From the NCBI GenBank assembly GCA_043228905.1, contig JBHGNT010000017.1, forward strand, positions 8,618,001 to 8,682,000: a stretch of 64,000 nucleotides of DNA, given 5' to 3'. The translations under genes were made by a program, and so were the position numbers. This stretch comes from Azolla caroliniana (Eukaryota > Plantae > Polypodiophyta). The notes beneath the pieces were generated by a model. The model saw nothing but the letters and a program-made list of their open reading frames with translations. It ran no database searches and was not told the origin of the DNA. Position 1 is the stretch's first letter. The number at the start of each line of letters is the position of its first letter. Positions 53,635 to 64,000 of this stretch are shown here, one piece after another.

Positions 53635-53865
53635 CAAAGAATCGGAATAACTCATTGAATAATTGGTAAGCCAAGTCCCGAGTTGTCACCATAGATTTCG
53701 TTGGAATGAATTTGGCCATTTTTGTTAATCTGTCAACAACCACCCAGATGCCATCACAACCTTTTTGAGTGTGTAGTAAACTAACAATGAAATCCATTTA
53801 TATACTTTCCCATTTGCTATTGGGAATATCTAAAGGATGTAAAAGACCTCCATCCTTAAACTGTT
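53635..53865 (-). mobile_element. Ty3/gypsy integrase core fragment
   Basis: GLLHPLDIPNSKWESI*MDFIVSL..GCDGIWVVVDRLTKMAKFIP is a gypsy integrase signature. Confidence 0.9.
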
Positions 53866-56800
53866 TGTGAAAGTAAAACACACGGAAGCTTATGATGAAC
53901 CGGCTCTGCCAGACAATAGTAGAAAGAACGAAGAAGGATAAAGATTCAATGAAGACCTTGAAACACACAGACAGTACTCGGGAGAGACAAAGAGAGAAAG
54001 AGCAAAACATAAACTATATTCAAAATAACACTCTGTACATAGGATGTGCTCAGTGAGCACTATTTATACAAGTTCACAAAGGACTGACAAAAGTACTACG
54101 TACTTCAATGCTCATACGAGCGGCTAACACTAACTACGAGGACCATGACTAACTAGTAGTCTAGAGGGGTAGGCCTCTAAACGGCCTACCGGTTCACACT
54201 TGAGCCCAACTCTCTGATTTGGCTCTTGGTCTCGGATATTGATCCGGTCCATCCGTTCTGGGTACATTCCGGTTCAGGCTTGTTCAGCCGATCAAGATCC
54301 GGCCGAGCTTGTTCGCTCAACACTCCCCCTCAAGCTCAATTTGAGGTCAGATCATGGTGTTAGTGTTCGTGGAAGCCGGTTCTTTCGTCCGGCTCCTTCT
54401 GGGGTCCTCCTGCCTCGCTCGCGCTCCTTGTCCAGTTCGGTTCCACCTTCAGCGACTCGTCTGGTTCTGCGCTCCTCGTTGTTGTGACTTAGTCGCTTGT
54501 CAACCCGTCCTCTCCTCCATATCGGCGTCGACTCCCACTGCCTCCTTGTCTACTTGGCCTTTAGTAGATCCAGCTCCTCCGAATCAAATTCTTGAACTGA
54601 ATCGGTTGTCTCTGATTCGTTCCAGCTCTTTTCCGAGTTGGTAGTCTCCAACTCTTCTTCCATCTTCAGACCCTTCACGACATCGAACCATGTCTGTGTC
54701 TTGGTCTTCTTCTTCCGGTCAGCTCTTTCCTTCTTGACTTTGCCGCCGTCGCCGCTTGTTTCGACTTGTTCGGATGTGCCAACTTCTTCGGTCAATGCGG
54801 CTCCCTTTTCCTTCTTTTCTCCCCCTACTTTGGTTGTTTCCTTCTCTCCGATTCCTTGTCTGGTGCCATTACCTGCCTTTCCGGTTCTCCCCATACCAGT
54901 ACTGGTTCTCCCCCTCAAGTGTGGCATGTCCAGATGTTGAAGACCAAGCATCTTCGAAAAATTATGCAACTTGTCGGTTCCACGGGCCTTGGTGAAGCTG
55001 TCGAAAACCTGCCGATCCGTCCGGACATACCGGAGTTTGACTTCACCACTCAAGACCCACTCACGCACAAAGTGGTAGTGCACCTCGATGTGCTTTGTCC
55101 AAGCATGAAATATGGGGTTCTTGGCAAGTTGCATGTTGCTCATGTTGTCGCAGTAGATTGGGATCGGAGTCGGTACTTCGATCCGGAGGACTTGCAACAA
55201 CTCCCGAAGCCAGATGACTTCACAGGTGGCAGTGGTAATGCCCCGATACTCAGCCTCAATGCTCGAAAGAGCTACTATTGGTTGCTTTTTGTTGCTCCAC
55301 GCAACATCCGTTCTACCCAGAGAAAACATGTATCCGGAAATAGATCGACGATCCCTCGCATCTCCTGCCCAGTCAGCATCAGTATAGCCAACTAGCTCTA
55401 TGGTTGTACCGCGTCAGTAGAACATTCCTTGATCTTTAGTACCACTAATATACCGGAGTATCCGGTGTGTGCATTGAAGGTGCTCCAAGGTCGGTTTCTG
55501 CATGAATTGGCTAATCACCCCAACCGGATAACTGATGTCCGGTCAGGTGATAGTTAAGTAGATAAGGCTTCTGACAATTTGTTGGAATTGTTTCTCGTTG
55601 CAGGCCGGTCTGGGATCGGGACGTAGTTTTAGGTTCCGGTCCAGGGGTGTGGAGATTGGTCGGCATTCAGTCATGCTGAACTTGTACAACATATTTAACA
55701 CGTAGTGTCGTTGTGAGAGAAATATGCCATCGGGGGTTCGAATCACCTCGATCCTAAGGAAATAATGAAGGCCCCCCATTCCTTCATTTCAAATGCGTCT
55801 GACAGTTGGGACTTCACTTGTCCGATTTCATCGAGCCTGGGTCCGATGATCACTAGATCATCTACATATAGCAAGATACATATCGATCATCCAGAACTTT
55901 TCGGATGAACAGTGAAAAGTCGGATTTTGAGGCCGCAAAACACATCTTACGCAACCGGTGCATGATTTTCTCATTCCAAGCTAGAGGGGCTTGCTTCAGA
56001 CCGTAAAGCGACTTCTTGAGTTGGCACACTGCTGATTTGTTCATCTGCGACTGAAAACCATGGGGTTGGTTCATGTAGACCCGTTCTTCAAGGTCGCCTT
56101 GAAGAAACACATTCTTCACGTCCATTTGGTGAAGATGTTATCCCCTTGCCGCAACAACTACTAGCACCACACGAACTGTCATCATCTTCGCCACTGGAGC
56201 GAAGGTCTTGTCGTAGTCGATTCCATGGGTCTGCGCGTATCCTTTGACCACTAACCGGGCCTTGTATCGGTTGAACGAACTGTCAACATTGTACTTTACC
56301 TTGTACACCCACTTGCAACCGATCAATTTGCAATGTCGGGGAGGGTCAACCAGGTCCCATGTGTCATTGGCATCAAGTGTCTTGCAGCTCTTTCTACATA
56401 ACGGCATGCCAATGTGTGTCCTCTACCACTTTTGCGTAGCTCTCTAGTTCACGCATTTCCGCCACCTTGGTCATGTATGCATAGTGATGCGTCATGTACT
56501 CGTTATACCTATACTGTTTGACAGGTTCTTCTAGTGGGTCGATCAACGCAGTTTCTGCTTTGCCGATTTCTTGGTCGACTCAGACTTCTCTTCTATCTGT
56601 CCAGAGTAAGATTCGCTCCGATCTGGCTCATCTCTGTCGGTATAGTACTTCAACATCTTCTTCTTCCCTTTTTCTTTGCGCATGAACTGTCTCCTCGGTT
56701 CCTTGCACGGAAAAAGCACAATTGAGTCTTTGCTACTCGCTAGCTTGTCATCTAACTGGTCATTCCGACTTAGTCGCTCGTTCGGCCCACTCATCTGGAA

Positions 56801-59800
56801 TGAGATCGGACTCTCATCTAGAGTACCGAATCCTTCTTCATCTTTTGCTCGGATCATTTCAGGCTCACTGCCTTATCTTCCAGATTCGGGTCGGAGTCGG
56901 TAGAGAGTACCATAATGTAGACTCATCAAATTTGACATCTCGGCTCACTCGAACTTGTTTTGGTCGAGGGTTATAGCACTTATAACCCTTTTGTTCATGT
57001 GAGTAGCCGACAAGGATGCACTTCTCTGACTTCAGGTCCAGCTTTCTCCACTTCTCATCCGACACATGCACATAGGCAATGCTACCGAATACCTTAGGGT
57101 GTCTTAAATTTGGCATCCGCTCGAAATACAACTCGTGTACCTACAACTGAATTTTCTCTGAATCCCCATTTGTTGCAAATAAATGTCGACTTGGCCGGAA
57201 AAGTATTCTTTCCCGCCATCCGACCACAGACACTTGATCTTCCTCTCCGTTTCCCTTTCGACTAAGCTTTGAAGGTTCCAGAAACAGTCGAAGACTTTGC
57301 TTTTCTTCTCAATGAGGTAGATCCACGTGTGTCGGTTATAGTCATCGATGAAAGAGACGAAATATTAGCTCCCACCAAGACTAATGTTCTGTGTCAGTCC
57401 CCATACATCCAAATGTATTAGATCGAGCTTGTTACGGCTCTGGTTTCTTTTGGTGGGGAAGGGAAGTTGGTGTTACTTCCCGAGTTGGCAAGCTTCACAT
57501 ATTTGGGCCTTCCGACCACTGAATTTTGGCAATCTGAAAACAACTTGTTTCAATTGCAGGTCTTGAAGCCTCTAGTAGTTGACGTGGTTGATTTGCTTGT
57601 GCCAGAGATCGATATCCGATTCAATCTTCTGTCCTTTGGCAAACAAGGCGGTGCCTACGTCATTAGTGTCGAGGATAAACATCCTCCTGTCCATGTGCCC
57701 TTGAGCAATTATCCGGCCTTCTTCCTCTATGAAGCACCCGAGGTACGTAAACCGCACCCGCATCCCCTGGTCAACGATTTGCCCGAACGACACCAGGTTC
57801 TTTGTGATTGTCGGAACATGTAGTACGTTCATCAACTTTCCCTTTTGTCCGACATGGCTTAAAGGGACTTCTCCGACATGCACAATTGGGTGAGGAGTGT
57901 CGTCTCCGGTTTCAACAACTCCCAGTTGCTCCGGCTTTTCTAGAAACGAGAACCACTCTTCGTGGCTCATCATGTGGTTTGATGTTACAGAGTCAACGTA
58001 CCATACTTCCTCCGATTCGGAAGTGGTCTTCTTCATCGAGTTCACCTTGTGCTTCATCACGAAGGCTAGCCCTTTTTCGGTCTTACCGGTTCTAGATCCT
58101 TTCAATCCTTCTGCGTGTGTGAGCTTTGCCGGTTTCCTTGTACGGCCTAACCGGATCCGGATTTATCCGAATTAGCGCGCTCTTCCAACACTCGCTCTCT
58201 CGATGGCCTTTCTTGCCATAGTACCAACATTCCATATCGGCTTTTGATTGCTGGTTTCTAGTGCCGTTTTGACTCCCCCTGCTTGTGGAGGGTTCGGAAC
58301 TGCTGTCAACCCTTTCTCTATGACTTTGATTATGCTCTTGTCAACCGCAACTATTGCATGCCGACCCACCTTGTCCTCCACACCCACGGGGCCGATCCAC
58401 CTTCGTGTATAACATCCAACTATCTGACTGAGTGGTCCTCGTGCCACTCGCATGGTTTTCTTTGACCATCAACATAGATTGCAGGTCAAAGAAGGACAGT
58501 GGTTTTTCCCGAGTGAGGATAGAGGTCTGGATGGGCTCGTACCTTTGAGCCAAACCACTGAGGAAAATTTGCACCATTTCTTCCTTGTCTATTGTGACAT
58601 CAATGAACCTTAATGTGTCGCAAATCTCCTTTATCTTCGTAGTGTAGTCTGAAACTGACATATCATTTTGTTGGATATAGTTCAGTTCTTGTCGAAGCGT
58701 GGCTTCCGGGCTGAGGTACTTGTTACAAAAATCTTTTTCAAATTTTCCCAGGCCTATTTCGGCATCTTAGCATCTCTAATGTAGCCGATCATCTAGTCAT
58801 GCACGGAGGACGCAAGGCAGAGTAGAACTCTACTAGCTCCTTGTTCCCATGTTGGGAACTCCTTTTGTGACAACTCCGACGTTATTTCATTTGAACCCTC
58901 AACATAACTCCAATATCCATCTTCGAGCAGATACTAGTGCATCTTGTATGACCAAGATGCATAGTTGTGTCTGTCATGCTTCTCTGTTTGAAGCGAGCTT
59001 GCCATACCTCTATCCATCTTTCGTTCTTGACCAGGTGTTAGGGTTTGTCTTCAATAATTGCTCGTCGGCTACGGAGGTTCTCAACCCTCGCACTCTGATA
59101 CCATGTGAAAGTAAAACATGCAGAAGCTTATGACAAACTGGTGTCGTGTCGAAGCACGTTGCATATAAAAGCTTGGCGTGTCCGGGCGGAACTGCTGGAG
59201 TTCTGAACTAGGAGAGTGGAAATAAGAAGATGAAAGAGAAGAGTGGGAAGTCAAACCGGAAGTATCTCAATAGTCACGAGTGGTTTGCAACCCTACCCGT
59301 GAAGACAAAAAAACTTATATCGTTCCACCTACCTAACCAAATTAAGTGTACAAACACAGATTGGAAAGACCTCTAGAAGAGCTTTCCAACTAGCTATAGA
59401 ACGTCGAAAACAAACGTCAGAATTGAGAGTTATGAAGAAAATACCGTACAATGCTACTCCTCAAACGCAGACGAAGAAGAAATGCCAAAAATAGGAAAAA
59501 TCACTATTTCTTCGAGAGAAAAACCCTTTACAAAATAGGACTCTTTGATTGTTTCCCCCCCCCCCCCCCCACTCCATGACAATAATCCTCCCCTCTTATT
59601 CTAAATCAATGTCATTACATGTAGGGCACGTAGCACACACCTAGAGAAGCTTGTGCATGTGCGCGATATAAAGCATGTGGGCCATGTGGCACACATGTAG
59701 AGAAACTTTGCATGTGCGTTATATGGTGTACATGAAATACATTACATGGTTTTGACTACACAACATTTGTTCCAAAATAATGCAAATAAATCCCTAAGAA

Positions 59801-60253
59801 CAATAATACTAAAGAACTTTGAGTCTAGAATGTAAATCAACTCCAATGAGTTGAATCAGGTGGATCTCCAAGAAGTGATGGGTCACCGAACCAAGTCGAG
59901 ATGTGTGGTTGTAGTTGAGGCAAGTGTGGAATCATGGTGGCACCAATCGGTTGTATCCCTTTACGACACCGGCTCTGCCGGACAACAACAGAAAGAATGA
60001 AGAAAGATAAAGATTCAATGGAGACCTTGAAACACACAGAGAGTACTCGGGAGAGAGAGAGAGAGAGAGAGCAGAACATAAACTATATTCAAAATAACAC
60101 TTTGTACATAGGATGTGCTCAGTGAGCACTTTTTATACAATTACATAAAGGACTAATAGAAGTACTATGTACTTCAATGCTCATACGAGCGGCTGACACT
60201 AACTACGAGGACCATGACGACCTAGTAGTCTAGAGGAGTAGGACTCTAAACGG
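53866..60253 (-). mobile_element. Ty1/copia element B3, near full length, 5' LTR interrupted
   Basis: 3' LTR 53866-54322, PPT at 54323, PBS actctgatacca at 59092-59103. The 5' LTR occupies 59104-59141 plus 59969-60253. gag/PR/INT/RT/RH are present with frameshifts. Confidence 0.93.
59142..59968. mobile_element. Solo LTR (827 bp) inserted in the 5' LTR of B3
   Basis: TGTCGT...ACGACA inverted ends, flanks ctgg / ccgg. The sister LTR reads uninterrupted gaaccggctctgcc. Confidence 0.88.
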
Positions 60254-60542
60254 TATCGAGGAAATCCTCGCGTGTTCGCGAAATGAAGCGGGATCACCGG
60301 GGTCCTAGACCGGAAGGATTCGATGTTTATAGAAGCGTAAGCGAAAAAGTATTGAAGATAGATAGATGGGAGAGAGAGAGAGATTGAGATAGAGATTGAA
60401 CCCTTGACTTTAGTTTTACAAGACAAGATACATCACCATTAAGATAACTCCGATCTTTGATTAAAATTTCCTTTTTTTACCTACATCACTTGCCCCCCTT
60501 AGACAAGCCCAACTATAGGCTTTTATAGGTCTCTCCATGCAA

Positions 60543-60594
60543 AAACCATGGGCTAAAACCATGGGCTAAAACCATGGGCTAAAACCATGGTTTT
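60543..60594. repeat. 13-bp tandem repeat aaaccatgggcta (3 copies plus a palindromic aaaaccatggtttt) inside the LTR of element C
   Basis: Seen directly. Confidence 0.9.
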
Positions 60595-62582
60595 CTGCCC
60601 ACGACTTCTATGTTTGCTTCCTACAAAATACTGAATAGGAAAAAAAAATATACAAATTCTACAGTACTTAGTAGTGGCTTTAGTGGTAAATTAATTTGTC
60701 TCCTATCTTAGAGGTGCAAGGTTCAAGCCTTACTTCCACCCCAGTGTATGCACTTAAATGTTCCTAGGCTTTATTCTTATTTTTATATTTACAATTGAAC
60801 GTGCATCACATGTGCACATGTGTAACTTTACATCTGGCTTTTCTTTTACGATTCTCATTTCAGTCCTATTTACAACATGCTAGCATATGCGTGTGGCCTT
60901 CACTCCTTTCACATGTGCACATTGCACCTTCCCGATTTCGTTCATTGCACACAATTTTCACACCGTTGCCGAAAATCTTCACAACATCCACCCCCACCAA
61001 ACCGCACGTCCTCCGATACGTGCCAAGAAGAGAGAGTGTGAGATTTCAGCTACGATGATTAGTATGATTCCTCCGTTTCGAGCATGTCCATTCCCTTCAC
61101 TCGAACCATTGTCGCCACCCAATCCACCATATCATTCGCTCATTCTTTGCTTTACCATGACCAGTTGTCAGGGCCCCTTGTTCTCCTTCTAAGCATAACC
61201 GTTTAGGCTTTATGCATGTTCCACCTTCGTTCCGACCATCTCCTTGGTCAAAGCACTCCGCACTTCGTCCACCTTCGTCGTACAATTTCGCATTAGAGTT
61301 GATGATCTTCACATTAGAGCTCTCCTTAGTCGAGACCTCATCCTCGATAACACCCTTCAAATCCGCTTGGCTCATTTGGCCCTAGTCGTCCATGGTAGTA
61401 CGCTTGCTTGGCCTCTTCCTTGTCTTCATCAACCTTGACTCCTTTCCGGATCGGTCTCGTTCGATAGACTTTCGGTTGGATCGGCTTCCGTTCGGATTTG
61501 TATTCGGCTGAATTGGACTCGGTTGATTAGTTTTGACTGAGTCGGCCCCCTTCCGGGTCGGGTTCGACCGATCGGTTTCGGTCCGGGTTGGCTTCCATTT
61601 CCTCGTGTTCACCGGCCTCGACTGGTTCCACCTCCAGTTCAGTCGGATTAGCTTCTTTCCGGATCAATCTCGTCTGATCAGCTTCCGGCTGGAACGATTT
61701 CCATCCAGGTCGGGCTCGACCGATCGGATTTTGGCCGAATCCACTTCCACTTGGTTGGACTTTTGTTTAGGCCGGAATTCCGGCCGGATCTTCTTCTGTC
61801 CGAACTCACTTCCGGCTCTACATTCCTTGTTGCCACCTCCCGTCTCTCCGGTCTCATGTTGGTTCTCGGACACAACCGCTGAAGTCTCTAGAATTAGTGG
61901 GCAAGAATCCTGGGTATTACTGTCTTCTATCGTTTCACCCATAGCCACCTTCTTGGCCATCTCTTCGTCGTATGCATCGACTTTGACCTTTTTTTCCTCT
62001 CCGCCACCTTTGTTCTCTTCGGTCTCACGTTGCCTTTCGAACGCAACTGCCAAACTCCCTAGAATTAGCGGTGGGAAAGTCTCGACACGGCCATTCTCCA
62101 TTGACTCGTCCATAGCCACCTCCGACTCGATGTCTTCTTTCGTGGCTACCTCTATAGACTCATGGGCCTCGTACCCATTAACCCTCTTGATCGAGCAAGC
62201 CTCGATTATGCTTCCCTCTTCGTCGCATGTATTAGTTTCGACCTTTGGCTCCTCGCCGACAGCTTCCGTCTCTTGGGTCTCACGTTGGTTCTTAGACGCA
62301 ACTACCCAAGTCTCTAGAGCAAGTGCGGAGAAAATCTGGCCATGGTCGTTGTCGACGCTTGTTGTCTTGTTCATTGTCACCTCCTTGATGTCGTCTTTAG
62401 CGTCTAGATCCTCAATTACGCTAGCCTCACAGTCTTTATCTCCATTGACGCAAGCTTCGATTAGGCTTGCTCCTTCATCATCAGATGTTTTGAACACGAC
62501 GCTTGTTTTGAAACATTCATCCTCCCTCGAAGTGGCCTTCTCCGTCCTCGAGTCATCATCAATCTTCTTTTCATGTAGGTTG

Positions 62583-62912
62583 TGTCACGGATCATAAACT
62601 CAAGAGACAAGCAAGAAGATAACCAAATGGACAAGAAATAAGATAGTATTAAAGGAAAGACTCCATAACTGGTGTTGTTCACCTTGAATTCCTTCAAGGT
62701 GAACTCCTCTATTTATACTACATGGCATGCATACTTGTTGCACGCATGTGAATCTACAATAGAGCATGTAGGTATGCATGCATGTGCCAAGTGTAAATAC
62801 TACAAGGGAGCAACTATGCACATGATGTGGTCCCTAGCAAAATAATAAGGACCAATTACATACATAACTAGTACTAGATATCTTGGTTAACTCATAATAC
62901 TAGATTATAACA
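62583..62912 (-). mobile_element. Probable solo LTR inside element C
   Basis: AT-rich ~330-bp block TGTCAC...ATAACA with a minus-strand TATA (gtataaatagag). GGTTG is present on both flanks, offset by 1 nt on the right. It interrupts the coding-like sequence. Confidence 0.55.
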
Positions 62913-64000
62913 TGGTTGTGTCAAGAGTTCGAATCTTGACAGGTTGCTTTGTTTAGGCGGCTCGACTTCTTTAGATGATCTTGTTTTTTCTATGTTTGAC
63001 CTTACCAAGTCAATGTCATCAAGCCATTGATGACGCCTATCGATCTTGTTGCATGCTCTCTTCACTGCAACCCAGTCTGTCACAAGCCCGTTCACTTTGG
63101 TATCATCTTCGAGGAGAGTCCCCAATTCTCATCTATCCTTCATATCCACAGCTTTCAGGAAGTACAAAGTCTTCTCCTCCTCAAGCAACACTTGGTCCGT
63201 GTTAGGGAGACGACGAAACATCTAGTCAAACTCATCATATACCCTCTAGGCGCTCATCTTCTTATTTTTCTTTTCTATCCACTTCATCAAGACATGTCGG
63301 GTCATCCTCGACAAATCTTCCATCTCAAACTCCACTAATATTGCTCTTTCAAACTCTGACCACGTTGTCTTCCTTTCTTGAAGCTCGATGACCCATCTTT
63401 GGACGTTGTTGGCGGCAACTCGCCTGAAACTCGAGATTTGACATGCTTCAGACACGTCCCTTTTGTATACATCCAGGAACTTCATAATGTTCCTTCCTTC
63501 AAATTGACCCTCGACCTCCACGACACGGTTGACGACCTTCTCCACGCTCGCATCGTTGTCCCGAGATCTCATCATTTGCTCAAAGATTATCATCATTCTT
63601 TTGAACTCTCCCACTTGATTGCTTGAGGATGCCATCTCCAAGTATTGGTCGATCCTCATCTTGATCCTTCCTACCGCTTCTTCACGTCGGGTTCACCAAG
63701 TAAGATGTCGAGGAAATCCTCGCATGTTCGCAAAATGAAGTGGGACCACTGGGGTCATGGACCGGAAGGATTCGATGTTTATAGCAGCGTACACGAGAAA
63801 GTATTGAAGATAGATAGATGGATGAAGAGAGAGAGAGAGAGATTGGGATAGAGATTGAACCCTTGACTTTAGTTTTACGAGACAGGATACATCACCATTA
63901 GGATAACTCAGATCTTTGATTAAAAGTGTTTTTTTTTACTTACATCACTTGCCCCCCCTTACACAAGCCCAACTATAGGCTTTTATAGGTCTCTCCATGC

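Larger units (their letters stand above)
60254..64000 (-). mobile_element. Gag-only gypsy-like LTR element with tRNA-Trp PBS (element C); 5' LTR runs off the window
   Basis: LTR 60254-~61084 matches 63706-64000. PBS ttcacgtcgggttcacca at 63681-63698. gag-like ORF 63246-63659 and acidic ORF 61664-62497. No pol motifs between the LTRs. Confidence 0.88.

Noticed and set aside
61533-62597. 354-aa plus-strand Ser-rich ORF as an env-like or host gene
   Set aside because: Its composition mirrors the acidic minus-strand ORF, so it is a shadow frame.
63681-63698. tRNA-Trp gene
   Set aside because: Only the 3' 18 nt including CCA are present next to an LTR, so it is a primer-binding site.

Overview
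Eukaryotic land-plant nuclear DNA, most likely a fern. This is inferred from the KP-type PG box of the PPR gene and the retroelement types. There are two host genes. The first is the 3' end of an intronless PLS-class PPR RNA-editing factor (1-645, +), which stops early in its DYW domain and is followed by decayed DYW and PPR fragments. The second is a multi-exon bromodomain gene of the plant BRD1/2/13 (SWI/SNF-associated) type (about 13981-23693, -), whose very large last exon carries six ~73-aa tandem repeats. The rest is mostly transposon-derived: an L1 LINE remnant, several Ty1/copia elements, gag-only Ty3/gypsy-like elements (two with a tRNA-Trp PBS), solo LTRs, and two hAT-type MITEs with 8-bp TSDs. 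A deeply nested LTR-element stack spans about 41.9-64 kb. No rRNA, tRNA or CRISPR features were seen. All calls come from manual reading, with no database searches.
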